From an uncultured Acidobacteriota bacterium (GTDB taxonomy: Bacteria; Acidobacteriota; Thermoanaerobaculia; Multivoradales; UBA5704), in contig OY969474.1 of the NCBI GenBank assembly GCA_963700145.1, positions 1,760,001 through 1,824,000 of the forward strand: DNA of 64,000 bases, written 5' to 3'. The notes under the pieces were generated by a model. The model ran no database searches. It was not told where the DNA came from and saw nothing but the letters and a program-made list of their open reading frames with translations. Position numbers and translations under genes: made by a program. Each line of letters starts with the position of its first letter. The stretch's first letter is position 1. Below, in pieces: positions 48,807 to 60,535 of this stretch.

Positions 48807-50879
48807 TCAACGCGGCAGCCGCGGCACCTCGGTGCCGTAGACGTAGCGCTCGAACCAGGGTTGCCAGTCGCCGCCGGTGAGCTCGTCGAGAGTGGCGACC
48901 AGGCCGGCCGTCGTGCCCCAGCCGAGGTGGTTGCGCTTGAGGAAGGTGCGCAGCAGAGCGATGAAGTGGCGGTCGCCCTCGGCGGCGCTCCCCTTCTGGC
49001 GCTGCAGCTCCAGCCGCAGCGCGTGGACGACCAGCGGCCCCTTGGCGTAGTGGAGGCGCAGGAGGTCGTCGAAGCTGCGCTCATCGTCCATGGACAACCG
49101 CGAGGAGAGGTAAAGGCTGGCGCCCGGGCCGAGCTCGGCCGCGGCCTGCACCCACTGCCTGACGATCCCCTCGAAGGCCTGGCCGCCGCCGCGCTCCTCG
49201 CCGCGCAGCCGCCAGAGCGCCAGCGCCGCCGTGTAGTCCGAGAAGGCCTCGATCAGCCAGGCCTCCTCGAAGGCGTCCATCTTGACCACGTGCCCCCACC
49301 AGCCGTGGGCGATCTCGTGGAGGAACCGCTCCTCGAGCCCCTGGAAGAAGACGCGCGTCCGCCGCTCGACCGGCGCGGTGTAGAACTCGCGGGTCAGGAA
49401 GAGGATCCCCGGAGGCGCCTGGCCGAAGCCCCAGGAGTTGATCTCGACGATCGAGAAGTTGCGGAAGGGGTAGGGGACGTCGAAGAGCTCCTCGAAGAGA
49501 CGGCGGGCGGGGAAGAACTGCGCGATCAGCTCGCGCGCCGCCTTCTCCTTGAGCAGGGCGTAGGTCGCGGCGCGGCAGGTGACGTCGTCCTGCGTCTCCT
49601 CGATCACCTTGTACTTCCCGGCGGTGACGACCGCGAACTGCATCGGTTGCTCCAGGCGGGTGACCAGCCGGCGGCGGCCTCCGGCCGTCGTGCGCGAGAC
49701 CTCCGCGCCCGAGGCGAACGGCGTCAGCGCCTCGGGAACGTCCACCTCGATCTCCATCGTCGCCCGCTCCCCCGCCAGCTCCTGGCGCGGGTACCAGGGC
49801 CAGGTGCCGAGGAGCCAGTAGGAGTGTCCGGACGGCCGCTGCGCGAGCTGGCCTTCGAGGGCGACCTCCACCTCGACCGCGTCGCCGAGGGCGAGCGTGC
49901 GGCCGAGCGCCACCACCAGCTCGCCGTCGTCGTGGAGGAACTCGGCGGCGCGGCCGTCGACCTGGACGCCGCGCACCGTCACCGGCCGCTGCCGGCCGAG
50001 CGGGTCGTCGAAGGCGCGATCGACGAGCTGCGCCTGCCAGACCGCGACGCCGGCGTGGTTGGCCCGCAGGCGCGAGCGGCTGGCGACGCGGATCTGCTCG
50101 CCGGCGGGGTTCTCGACCCGCAGCGCTTCGTGCTCCGCCGTCAGCTCGGCGGGCGGCCGCACCCACCAGGGGCGGCCGATCGGTTGCGCGGCGAGGGGAG
50201 CGGCCCGCACGCCTTCGCGAAAGGTCGTGCCGGGGTCCGTGACGCGCGCCAGCCGGTAGAGGTTCTCCTCGCCCGCGGCGGGATCGACGTGCAGCAAGAG
50301 ATTCTCCCGCCGGCCGAAGAGGAGCGCGTAGCGGAGGTCGGCGTTGCCGTTCGCCTCGGCGGCCAGGAGGTCGTGCGAGGGCGGGGTGAAGCGGCGCGCG
50401 GCGAGGAGCTTCGCCGCCCACGCGGGCAGGGCGCCGGGCGCCCCGGGCGCCGGCATCGCAGCGGCCTCGCCGGGCGGGGCCAAGCCCCATCCCCAGACCA
50501 CCGCCCCGGTCAGCTCCTCGTTGACCTCGAGTCCGGCTTCCGACCGCGCCGGGGCGAGGGCCGAGACCCGCTTCAAGTTGCGCTCCGCCACCGGCACCGA
50601 GAAGCGGTCCTCGACGCGGTAGCGGAACCGGGCGGGGCCGTCGACGAGCAGGCCGCAGGGAACCCCTTGCGCGAAGAGCGGATGGACGCGGGCCCCCGGC
50701 GCGACGGCGATCTCGCCGCGGCCGACGGCGAGGGGAGCGGCGAGCGCGATCGGGGCGCCGACCCGCGGCCCGTCGATCGCCGCCGCGCGGTCGGCGAGCG
50801 GGCCGCCGCGGCCGGGCGCCGCCCCGGCGAGCGCCAGGGCCCCGCCGAGCACGGCACGTTTCCACGGCGCGGCCCTCAC
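48807..50879 (-). CDS. Secreted M1 family (gluzincin) metallopeptidase
   Basis: GTG 50879 with SD and signal peptide; HEIAHGWWG...WLIEAFSDY and YAKGPLV motifs. Confidence 0.85.
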   Translation of the reverse strand: MRAAPWKRAVLGGALALAGAAPGRGGPLADRAAAIDGPRVGAPIALAAPLAVGRGEIAVAPGARVHPLFAQGVPCGLLVDGPARFRYRVEDRFSVPVAERNLKRVSALAPARSEAGLEVNEELTGAVVWGWGLAPPGEAAAMPAPGAPGALPAWAAKLLAARRFTPPSHDLLAAEANGNADLRYALLFGRRENLLLHVDPAAGEENLYRLARVTDPGTTFREGVRAAPLAAQPIGRPWWVRPPAELTAEHEALRVENPAGEQIRVASRSRLRANHAGVAVWQAQLVDRAFDDPLGRQRPVTVRGVQVDGRAAEFLHDDGELVVALGRTLALGDAVEVEVALEGQLAQRPSGHSYWLLGTWPWYPRQELAGERATMEIEVDVPEALTPFASGAEVSRTTAGGRRRLVTRLEQPMQFAVVTAGKYKVIEETQDDVTCRAATYALLKEKAARELIAQFFPARRLFEELFDVPYPFRNFSIVEINSWGFGQAPPGILFLTREFYTAPVERRTRVFFQGLEERFLHEIAHGWWGHVVKMDAFEEAWLIEAFSDYTAALALWRLRGEERGGGQAFEGIVRQWVQAAAELGPGASLYLSSRLSMDDERSFDDLLRLHYAKGPLVVHALRLELQRQKGSAAEGDRHFIALLRTFLKRNHLGWGTTAGLVATLDELTGGDWQPWFERYVYGTEVPRLPR

Positions 50880-50886
50880 CCTCCGA

Positions 50887-52992
<2,106 letters not shown>

Positions 52993-53055
52993 CGGCCGAG
53001 CGTATCGCGGGGCGCGGTTTCGGCTGCGGGGGGCGGCTGTGTCTATAGTGGTGCG

Positions 53056-53976
53056 ATGAGCCGAGCCCTCGCCGTCCTTTCCCTCCTCCTCCTGCTGGCC
53101 TGCGCCGCCTGCGCCAAGCGGGCGGCGGAGGAGGCAGCGGAGGAGGCGGTCGGCGACCAAGCGGCTTCGGGCGTCGCCAACGCTCCCGAGCCCCCTCCGC
53201 CCCCCGCTCCCGAGCGCGCCTTCGACAAACAGGCGGGCGCGGACGCGGCGCAGCAGGCCGCGCCCCTCGCCCCCCTCTCGCGCAAGCTGATCAAGACCGT
53301 CGACATCCAGATGCTGGTCGCCGACACCGCCAAGGCGGCGCGCGAGGCCCAGCTCCTTGCCGTGAGCCTGGGCGGCTACGTCGCCAACATGACGGCGCAG
53401 CGCCAGAACGGCCTCCTCCATTACTCGATCACCCTGCGCGTGCCGGTCGAACGGCTGGACGCCGCGCTCGAGCGCATCCGCCGGCTCGGCGAGCAGATCG
53501 AGCGCGAGAGCGTGCGCAGCGAGGACGTGACCGAGCAGTTCGTCGACCTGGGGGCGCGGCTGACGACGCTGCGCGCCACCGAGCGGGAGCTCCTAGAGCT
53601 TCTCTCCGAGGCGCGCGAGCGCGGCCAGAAGCTCGAGGACGTGATGGCGGTGTACCGCCAGCTGACCGAGATCCGCACCTCGATCGAGCAGATCCAGGGG
53701 CAGCTCAAGGTGCTGACCACGCTCACCACGCTCTCGACGATCAACCTCGAGCTGCTGCCGGCCGAGGCCGGGAAGCCGCTGGTCGAGGAGTGGCGCCCGG
53801 CCGAGACGCTGCGCGCCAGCGCCCGGGCGCTGGTCAAGCTCCTCCAGGCGCTCGTCGACCTGGCGATCTGGCTGCTCGTGACGGTGCTGCCGGTCGTCGC
53901 GCTCCTGGCGCTCCTGATCTGGGCGCTCCTGCGCCTCCGCCGGCGCTTCCGGCGGCCCCCCGCGACGCCTTCCTAG
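53056..53976 (+). CDS. DUF4349 domain lipoprotein
   Basis: ATG 53056; signal peptide with Cys; RKLIKT, ITLRVP, EDVTEQFVDL and a C-terminal TM helix. Confidence 0.85.
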   Translation: MSRALAVLSLLLLLACAACAKRAAEEAAEEAVGDQAASGVANAPEPPPPPAPERAFDKQAGADAAQQAAPLAPLSRKLIKTVDIQMLVADTAKAAREAQLLAVSLGGYVANMTAQRQNGLLHYSITLRVPVERLDAALERIRRLGEQIERESVRSEDVTEQFVDLGARLTTLRATERELLELLSEARERGQKLEDVMAVYRQLTEIRTSIEQIQGQLKVLTTLTTLSTINLELLPAEAGKPLVEEWRPAETLRASARALVKLLQALVDLAIWLLVTVLPVVALLALLIWALLRLRRRFRRPPATPS

Positions 53977-53982
53977 CGCGGC

Positions 53983-55848
53983 GTGCCTCGCACCTCGCGC
54001 TGGGTCGCCGCCTTCGCCGTCCTCGCTCTCGCCGACCTCCTCTGGGTGGCGCCGCGGCTCCTCGTCCCCGACCTCAACCTCGACTACCCGTTCACCGACG
54101 GCGACTCCTGGGACTGGATCGCCAACGGCCTCGCCTTCGCCGGCCACTCGGTGCGCGACCCCGGCCGCTCGCCGCTCCTGCCGCTCCTGCTGGCGGCGCT
54201 GGCGCGGCTCGGCGCGCTGGAGCTCTGGCCGCTCCTCCAGCAGGCCCTCGTGCACGCCACCGCGGTGGGGTTCGTGGCGCTCGCCGCGCGCCTCTACGGG
54301 CCGCGCGCCGCCGTCGCGACCGGCGCGGCGCTCCTCTTCAACCACTCCTACCAGGGGCTGTCGGTCGATCTGATGGCCGACGTCCTCGGCTCCTGCCTGC
54401 TCTTCGCCGCCGCGGCGGCCTTCCTGGTCGCCGCCGAGCGCCCGCGCGCCTACCTCGCGGCCGGCCTCGCCGGCGGGCTCGCGGCGCTGGCGCAGCAGGC
54501 GGCCCTCCTCGCGGCGCTGCCGGCCGCGGCCGCGGTCCTCTTGGCGCGCCGGCGCCACCTCCGCGCGCCGGCACTCTGGGCGGGCGCCGCGGTCTTCCTC
54601 GCGCTCCAAGTCGCCTGGCTCCTCCTCAAGCAGGCCCGCTACGGCACCTTCGGCGACGTGCTGACGCGCTACTCGACGCTGCTGCGCCTCCATGACGGCG
54701 GCTCCCTCGGCGCCTACCTCTGGTCGCTCGCCTCGCTGCTAGGCCTGCCCGGCGCGCTCCTCCTCACCGCGGGCGTGGGGCTCGCTCTGCTCGGCTTCCG
54801 GGCGAGCAACCCCGCGGCCGCCGGCCGGCTGTTCCTCGGGGGCACGGTCCTGGCCCTCTTCCTCTTCTTCGCCTGCGCCTACGACTTCCACGCGAAACGC
54901 TTCCTCGTCCTCGCCTACTGGCTGGGAGGCCTCTTGATCGCGGAGGTCCTCGCCCGACTCCGCCACCCGGCCCTCTTCTGGGGGGCCGCGGGCCTCTTCG
55001 TCGGCGCCTCGCTCCTGTCGCTGCCGGCGCCCGGCCGCGACCCGTCGTACGTCGCGCTCTGGCCCGTGCCGCCGGTCTACGCCCGCGCCGAGCCGGCCTT
55101 CGCTCCGACCGGCGCCGTAATGCCGAACCTCGCGCGCGTCGAGGTCGTCCGCCCGCCGCTGCGGGAAGTTCTCGCGGCGGAGCACCACGCGCGCCTGCGC
55201 GACGCCGCCCGGCGCCTCCGGCCGGCGCCGCGCCTCGACCCGGCGCTCCTTGCCGCCGATCGAGGCGCGCTCTATCTCTATGGGCCGGGGGAGGCCGGCG
55301 CCCGCTACCGCACCGTGACGCGGCTCGGCAACGCGTTGCGCAAACCGCTCAAGTTCGTGCCGGCGGCCTGGCTCGAGCCGTACTTCGGGCTGCTCGACGT
55401 GGAGTCGCTCGGGAGCGTCGGCGAGGCGGAGGTCTTCCGCGCCCGGGTGCGCGGCCTCGCCGGCACCTGGCTCCTGGCCGCGGCGGCTGACGGCCCGGCG
55501 CGGGCGCACCTCGCCGCGGCGGCCGCCGCCCCGCCGGCTCCCGGGGCGGTCCCTGGCGGGCGGGTCGAGCGCGGGCGCCGGCGCGCCCACGCCGTCGCCG
55601 CCTGGCTGGCCGAGAGCGACGCCTACGTCGCCCTCCTCCCGGGGCCGGAGCAGGACCTGGCCCGCCTCTACCTGCCCTTCCTCCTCGAGACGACCGAGCT
55701 GTACGTGATCGAGCCGGAGCAGGAGGCCGGGGCCCGCGGCATGCTGGCCGCCGCGCCGCTCTACGCCGAGCGCCGCTTCGGCCCGCTTCGGGCCCGGCGG
55801 ATCGAGCTCTTCGGCCGTCCCTCGGCGGTGATTGGGAACGGAGGCTGA
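53983..55848 (+). CDS. Polytopic membrane protein, GT-C (ArnT/PMT-like) glycosyltransferase
   Basis: Acidic first loop DGDSWDW, RSPLLPLLLA, many TM helices, KRFL motif. Confidence 0.65.
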   Translation: MPRTSRWVAAFAVLALADLLWVAPRLLVPDLNLDYPFTDGDSWDWIANGLAFAGHSVRDPGRSPLLPLLLAALARLGALELWPLLQQALVHATAVGFVALAARLYGPRAAVATGAALLFNHSYQGLSVDLMADVLGSCLLFAAAAAFLVAAERPRAYLAAGLAGGLAALAQQAALLAALPAAAAVLLARRRHLRAPALWAGAAVFLALQVAWLLLKQARYGTFGDVLTRYSTLLRLHDGGSLGAYLWSLASLLGLPGALLLTAGVGLALLGFRASNPAAAGRLFLGGTVLALFLFFACAYDFHAKRFLVLAYWLGGLLIAEVLARLRHPALFWGAAGLFVGASLLSLPAPGRDPSYVALWPVPPVYARAEPAFAPTGAVMPNLARVEVVRPPLREVLAAEHHARLRDAARRLRPAPRLDPALLAADRGALYLYGPGEAGARYRTVTRLGNALRKPLKFVPAAWLEPYFGLLDVESLGSVGEAEVFRARVRGLAGTWLLAAAADGPARAHLAAAAAAPPAPGAVPGGRVERGRRRAHAVAAWLAESDAYVALLPGPEQDLARLYLPFLLETTELYVIEPEQEAGARGMLAAAPLYAERRFGPLRARRIELFGRPSAVIGNGG

Positions 55849-55866
55849 GCCCCGTCACAGCCGGCG

Positions 55867-55881
55867 TGGCACACGCCTTGC
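55867..55881 (+). promoter_or_regulatory. Sigma-54 (-24/-12) promoter
   Basis: TGGCACACGCCTTGC has exact GG-N10-GC spacing and lies in the intergenic gap before ATG 55930. Confidence 0.72.
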
Positions 55882-55929
55882 GGCGCTTCCCTCCCGTCGG
55901 GCCGCCGTTCGACCCCGGAGGAGACTGCG

Positions 55930-56283
55930 ATGGAGATCAATCTCTCGAAGGTGGAGCGCCTGGGGTCGCTGATCGCCGGCGGCGCGCTCCTCGCCTGGGC
56001 GGTCGCGCGACGACGGTCGCCCCTGAGGCTGCTGACCGCTCTGGGCGGGGCCGGCCTCGCCGCGCGCGGCGCCAGCGGCCACTGCCCGGTCTACGGCGCG
56101 CTGGGGTGGAACACCGCCGACGACGAGCCGGGCCTGGCCCGCGCCGAGACGCCCCCGCCGCCGCCGCGCCCCTGGGCGCAGCCGCGCCGCTGGCGCGAGG
56201 AGCTGGACGTCGTCGACGAGGCCTCGGTGGAGTCCTTCCCGGCCAGCGACCCGCCGTCGTTCACACCGGAGAAGATCGGGTAG
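55930..56283 (+). CDS. DUF2892/YgaP-like membrane protein with C-terminal ESFPASDPP motif
   Basis: NLSKVERLGSL, GHCPVYGALG, DVVDEASVESFPASDPPSFT; GGAGGAG SD. Confidence 0.85.
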   Translation: MEINLSKVERLGSLIAGGALLAWAVARRRSPLRLLTALGGAGLAARGASGHCPVYGALGWNTADDEPGLARAETPPPPPRPWAQPRRWREELDVVDEASVESFPASDPPSFTPEKIG

Positions 56284-56308
56284 CGCCCGGCCTACGTGCC
56301 GGGCGTTT
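56280..56308 (+). repeat. GTAG-tagged REP-like palindrome, copy 2
   Basis: Identical 29-mer to 17445-17473; supplies the TAG stop of the DUF2892 gene and sits between convergent genes. Confidence 0.85.
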
Positions 56309-56320
56309 TCGGAAGAATCC

Positions 56321-57181
56321 TCAGCTCGCGGCCGTCTGCGGCGGCGGACCGGACGGCGCGACCGGCCCGCCCACGACCTGGATCCCCTGCGCCTCCCACC
56401 CCTTCTCGCCGCGCTTCAAGAGGAACTGCAGGATGACCTCCCGGTTGGGCAGGCGGTCGAAGACCGTCTCGTCCTCGAGCTCGGTGACGTGGAAGAAGCA
56501 GTTGGCGAAAGGCGAGCCGGGGCGGCGGGAGTCGTAGAGCCAGAGGTTCTCGTTGATCCGCTGCAGGAAGCGCAGGAATCCGTACCCCTTGTCGCGGTCC
56601 ACCCAGTAGCAGGCGCCGCGCACCCGCGAGCCCTCCTCGCCCCAGGGCTTCTTCTCCGCCGTCTCGGGGGTGGAGAGAAGGTTGGGGATGACGTAGCCGG
56701 AGAGGAAGAGGTCGGCCTGGTTGCGCAGGTCGGAGGAGACGTTGTCGAAGGCCACGACCTCGATCCTGAGGCCGCGGTTCTGGAGCGCCTCGACGACCTT
56801 GGTGAAGTCGCCGTCGCCGGTCGCCAGCACCACCCGGTCCAGCCGCTCCGACTGCAGGAGGAGGTCGACCGCCATGTCGAGGTCGGCGTTGGCCTTGCCG
56901 TAGCGCTCCTTGGTCTGGGTGTCGACGAGCCAGCGGATCGGCTTCTCGACGACCTTGAAGCCGATGTCGCGCAGCCGCGAGTGGAACTCCAGCACCGTGG
57001 CGTAGCCGGGATCGCGCCGCCGCGCCCGCTCCTCGTCGAAGCGGACGTAGGCGTTCATGCGCAGCGCCTCCGAGCCGTCGCGGCAGGCGAACTCCCGCAG
57101 CACGTCGTAGCGCATGCCGTAGCCGCCGTTGCGGGTGATGTTCTCGACGTCGACGTAGATCCCGACCTTGGATGCCATCAC
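56321..57181 (-). CDS. NYN (LabA/DUF88) domain protein with C-terminal cold-shock-like domain
   Basis: YVDVEN, KANADLDMAVD, TGDGDF acidic motifs; KGYGFLRF and FFHVTEL RNP-like motifs. Confidence 0.85.
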   Translation of the reverse strand: MMASKVGIYVDVENITRNGGYGMRYDVLREFACRDGSEALRMNAYVRFDEERARRRDPGYATVLEFHSRLRDIGFKVVEKPIRWLVDTQTKERYGKANADLDMAVDLLLQSERLDRVVLATGDGDFTKVVEALQNRGLRIEVVAFDNVSSDLRNQADLFLSGYVIPNLLSTPETAEKKPWGEEGSRVRGACYWVDRDKGYGFLRFLQRINENLWLYDSRRPGSPFANCFFHVTELEDETVFDRLPNREVILQFLLKRGEKGWEAQGIQVVGGPVAPSGPPPQTAAS

Positions 57182-57277
57182 ACCCCCCCAACCCCTCCCA
57201 GGGGTCGCGGGATTGTAGCCCGAGGCCGACGGCCGGGCGGAGAGCCCGGCCGTCGGTACGTTCGCGAAGAGACGCGT

Positions 57278-59839
57278 CTACTGGTACGTCACCGTCAGCT
57301 GCGGCCGGTTTGCCGCCGTCGCGGTCTCACCGGGGTAGAAGCCGATGTAGTCGAAGGCCAGGTCGTCGTTGTCGCCGAGCGTGCAGTAGGGGCGGAGCTG
57401 CGTCGTGCCGGTCTTGTTGATGGCGCTCAACCCGGCCGCGTTCAGGCTGCCCGTCGAGGCCGCGCCGTTGACGGTGGGGTTCGACAGGGTGACTACTGCG
57501 TTGGCCGTCGCCGCCGCCTGCCAGTCGGAGAAGGCGAAGGCCGTCGAGCCGCCGAAGCCGCCGGTCACGATGTCGGCGACGCACGGGCCGTGGGTGGTGT
57601 AAGGGTTGGTGCCGGAGATGGCGCCGCGCACCAGGCGCAGGCTCGCCGAGAGGATCGTCGCCCCGTCCGGGATCGACGCCGTGTTGAAGGAGACGATGTT
57701 CTTGTACTGCTCGTCGGCGTTGGTGTCGCCGACGCGCAGGGCGATGGTCGAGTTCTCGGTCGCGTTGCCGCCGCCGCCGACGTTGCCGTTCTCTCCCGAC
57801 TCCCAGATGCGGCCGTCCTGGGAAGCCACCGAGTCGAAGGTCAGCGTGGTCGAGCCGCTGGTCACGGTCAGGGTGATCTGCGCCGAGCCGGGGAGGCCGC
57901 CGCTGTCGGTCACCGAAGCGGTGATGGTGTGGTTCCCCGCCGAGAGCGACGAGGTGCTGAACGAGGCCCCGCTGCCGATGGTGCCGTTGATGCTCGAGGT
58001 CCAGGTGAGGCTTGTCGAGATGTTGCCGTCTTCGGCGTCGTTGGCGGTGCCGGTGAAGGTGATCGAGGCGCCCTGGGCGAAGGAGCTGCCGTTGGCCGGC
58101 GCGGTGATGGTCACCACCGGCGCCGTGTTGCCCGGCCCGCCGCCGATCTGGAACCCGGCGGCGTAGACGTCGACCGAGTCGGTGCCGCCGCCACTCTCGT
58201 TGCGGTTGTCGGTGAAGATCGTGATGAGCTGGTTGCCGACGACGTCGAGGCCGTTGTAGTCGCCCCACTCGAAGCCGGTGTCGATCTGCGGCGAGAGCAC
58301 GCTGGTCAGGCGCACCGGCGTCGGCCAGGTGTCGCCGCCGTCGGAGGAGACCGAGTAGAAGATGTCCACGCCGACGCGCGTCGGGCTGCGGCGGGTGTCG
58401 TAGAAGGCCACGTAGACCTTGCCGTCCGGCCCGACCCCGAGCCAGGGGTGGAAGCGGTCGACGCTCGCGGCGTCGGCCGTCTCGTGCGGCGTGCGCACCG
58501 TCCAGGTGGCGCCGCCGTCGCGGGAGTAGGCGACGCGGATGCGGCCGTGGTTGTTGGCCGGCGGCGAGGTCTCGGGGGCGGTGGTGTCGGTCCAGGCGAC
58601 GTAGATCGAGTTGGCGAAGGCGCCGCTCGACAGGTCGGCGTCGGCGGAGGCGTAGATGAAGGCGCGGCGCGTCTCCATCGCCGGGATCGCGAAGTCGTAG
58701 CCGTCCTGCGTGGTGGCCACGGTGACCACCGCGGCGAAGCTCGTGCCGCCGTTGGTCGACTTGCGCGACAGGATGGTCTTGCCGTTGGTGGCCGGCCAGA
58801 AGTAGTAGACGTTGCCGCTCTTGTCGGTCGTCAGGTCGCAGCCGATGCCCGACTGGCTGGAGCCGCTCGACATCGTCAGCGGCGCGCTCCAGGTGTGGGC
58901 GAAGTCGGTCGAGCGGGAGTGCTTCAAGGTGTTGTTGTCGTGCCAGCACTGGTAGATGTTGTCGCGGAAGGGGGAGGTCGCGAACTTGTCGACGTGGATG
59001 TACTGCTTGTCGCTGGTGTTCGCCGACGTCACCTCGCGCCGGGGGTCGCCGGGGGTGATGGTCGCCAGGTCGCTCCAGGTGGCGCCGCCGTCCGACGAGC
59101 GGTAGACCCAGACGTTGCACACGGCGCCGCAGCCGCCGAGGGTCGAGGTGTAGGCGTACTGGCCGTTCGAGGACCAGTCCACGGTGGGGTCGCAGCAGGT
59201 GCCGCCCAGCGGCAGGGCGGCGGCCTGGGTCCAGGAGGAGCCGCCGTTGGTCGAGTACCACATGATCTGCCCGGACCCCGGGCCGTTCGAGCCGGCGACT
59301 ACCTTGTTGACGTCGGTCGGATGGATCTTGATCGCCGACTCGGCGGCGCCGGTGGGCGAGGTGACGCGCACGTCGGAGGTCAGGGCCTGCTCCTCGAACT
59401 CCTCCTCGGTGATCCCGTCCTCCTCGACGACGATGAAACGGCCGTCCTGGAAGATCGCGCCGCGGTAGAGCTTGCCGTTGACCAGGTAGCCGCCGTACTT
59501 GAGCTCGAAGACCTGCAGCGCGCTGCGCGGGTACTGGGCCGGACCCGTGCGCGCCATGCCGGGGTTGGCCTTGCGCAGCTCGATGCGGAAGAAGACCGGG
59601 ATGGGGTCCTTCAGCTCGTGCTCGTTGGGGGCGAGGACGGCGAGGTCCTGGAGCCTGACCTGGTAGTTGCGGTCGTCCCACGGGCCCAGCTGGGTGAAGG
59701 ACCCATAATCGACCCGGTGGTCCACGCCCCTGCCCTGCTCCACCGGCTGCGCCGCAGCCACCGTGGTGAACGCGGCGGCCGCCAACACGCCGGCCGCCCA
59801 TAAGGTCCGCCAGCGGCGGACTGCTCCAATGCCTGTCAT
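57278..59839 (-). CDS. Secreted BNR/Asp-box beta-propeller protein with Ig-like and DNRLRE-like C-terminal domains
   Basis: Signal peptide; five Asp-boxes (STNGGSSW, SSDGGATW, STNGGTSF, SRDGGATW, SSDGGDTW); NTAPVVTITAP Ig domain; IPDGATILSASLRL...RPQLTVTY. Confidence 0.85.
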   Translation of the reverse strand: MTGIGAVRRWRTLWAAGVLAAAAFTTVAAAQPVEQGRGVDHRVDYGSFTQLGPWDDRNYQVRLQDLAVLAPNEHELKDPIPVFFRIELRKANPGMARTGPAQYPRSALQVFELKYGGYLVNGKLYRGAIFQDGRFIVVEEDGITEEEFEEQALTSDVRVTSPTGAAESAIKIHPTDVNKVVAGSNGPGSGQIMWYSTNGGSSWTQAAALPLGGTCCDPTVDWSSNGQYAYTSTLGGCGAVCNVWVYRSSDGGATWSDLATITPGDPRREVTSANTSDKQYIHVDKFATSPFRDNIYQCWHDNNTLKHSRSTDFAHTWSAPLTMSSGSSQSGIGCDLTTDKSGNVYYFWPATNGKTILSRKSTNGGTSFAAVVTVATTQDGYDFAIPAMETRRAFIYASADADLSSGAFANSIYVAWTDTTAPETSPPANNHGRIRVAYSRDGGATWTVRTPHETADAASVDRFHPWLGVGPDGKVYVAFYDTRRSPTRVGVDIFYSVSSDGGDTWPTPVRLTSVLSPQIDTGFEWGDYNGLDVVGNQLITIFTDNRNESGGGTDSVDVYAAGFQIGGGPGNTAPVVTITAPANGSSFAQGASITFTGTANDAEDGNISTSLTWTSSINGTIGSGASFSTSSLSAGNHTITASVTDSGGLPGSAQITLTVTSGSTTLTFDSVASQDGRIWESGENGNVGGGGNATENSTIALRVGDTNADEQYKNIVSFNTASIPDGATILSASLRLVRGAISGTNPYTTHGPCVADIVTGGFGGSTAFAFSDWQAAATANAVVTLSNPTVNGAASTGSLNAAGLSAINKTGTTQLRPYCTLGDNDDLAFDYIGFYPGETATAANRPQLTVTYQ

Positions 59840-59950
59840 GAACGGTCTCCCAAGGAAGGTGCCTCGCGGCTCTTTTGCCGCGCGACGGAGAGATGCCTTG
59901 CTAAAAGAAGAGGGTGCGCGCCGAGGGTGAGAGCGCGCCTGGGCTACTGC

Positions 59951-60481
59951 TCAGGCCGCGTCGAACTCGGGGGCGTAGCGGGCGAGGCCGGCGGCGCCGG
60001 CGAGGGCGCCGGGGCGGAGCTCCTGGGCCATGAAGACCTCGTCGGGCACGTCGTAGGTCGAGCGGACGCCGAAACGGCTCGCGGGGACGTAGCCGAAGCG
60101 CGGGTAGTACTCGGGATGGCCGAGGACGATCGAGGCGCCGTAGCCGGCCGCGCGGCAGCGCGCCAGCCCCGCCTCGACGAGACGCGAGCCGATGCCCCGG
60201 CGTTGCAGCTCGGGGAGGACGGCCATCGGCGCGAGCCCCGCGGCGGTCGCGGCGGCGCCGCCGGCGTCAGGCTCGATCCGCACCTCGCTGAACAGGATGT
60301 GCCCGACGACCCGCCCGCCGGCGACGGCGACGAGCGCGACGACCGCCTTCCCCGCGGCGCGCAGCGCGTCCACGAGGTCGGCCTCGACCGGCTGCCCGAA
60401 CGCCAGCTCGTTGACCGCGCGGACCGCGGCGGCGTCCGCCGGCTCCTCCGCGCGGATGACTGTCCCGGTGTCTTCCGCCAT
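59951..60481 (-). CDS. GNAT acetyltransferase (YhbS-like)
   Basis: VVGHILFS, LAPMAVLPELQRRGIG, VLGHPEYYPRFG. Confidence 0.9.
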   Translation of the reverse strand: MAEDTGTVIRAEEPADAAAVRAVNELAFGQPVEADLVDALRAAGKAVVALVAVAGGRVVGHILFSEVRIEPDAGGAAATAAGLAPMAVLPELQRRGIGSRLVEAGLARCRAAGYGASIVLGHPEYYPRFGYVPASRFGVRSTYDVPDEVFMAQELRPGALAGAAGLARYAPEFDAA

Positions 60482-60500
60482 TTTCGGATGCTACGCCGCC

Positions 60501-60529
60501 TTGATTTACGCCCGAGTTGCGCCTAGTCT
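60501..60529 (+). promoter_or_regulatory. Sigma-70-like promoter of dnaE2 (probably leaderless)
   Basis: TTGATT-17 nt-TAGTCT, ending 6 nt before GTG 60536. Confidence 0.55.
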
Positions 60530-60535
60530 CCCACT

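Noticed and set aside
40380-48880. 1072-aa and 1154-aa plus-strand ORFs
   Set aside because: Shadows of ftsY/HD-GYP and of the FGGY kinase/rne genes; no motifs and biased composition.
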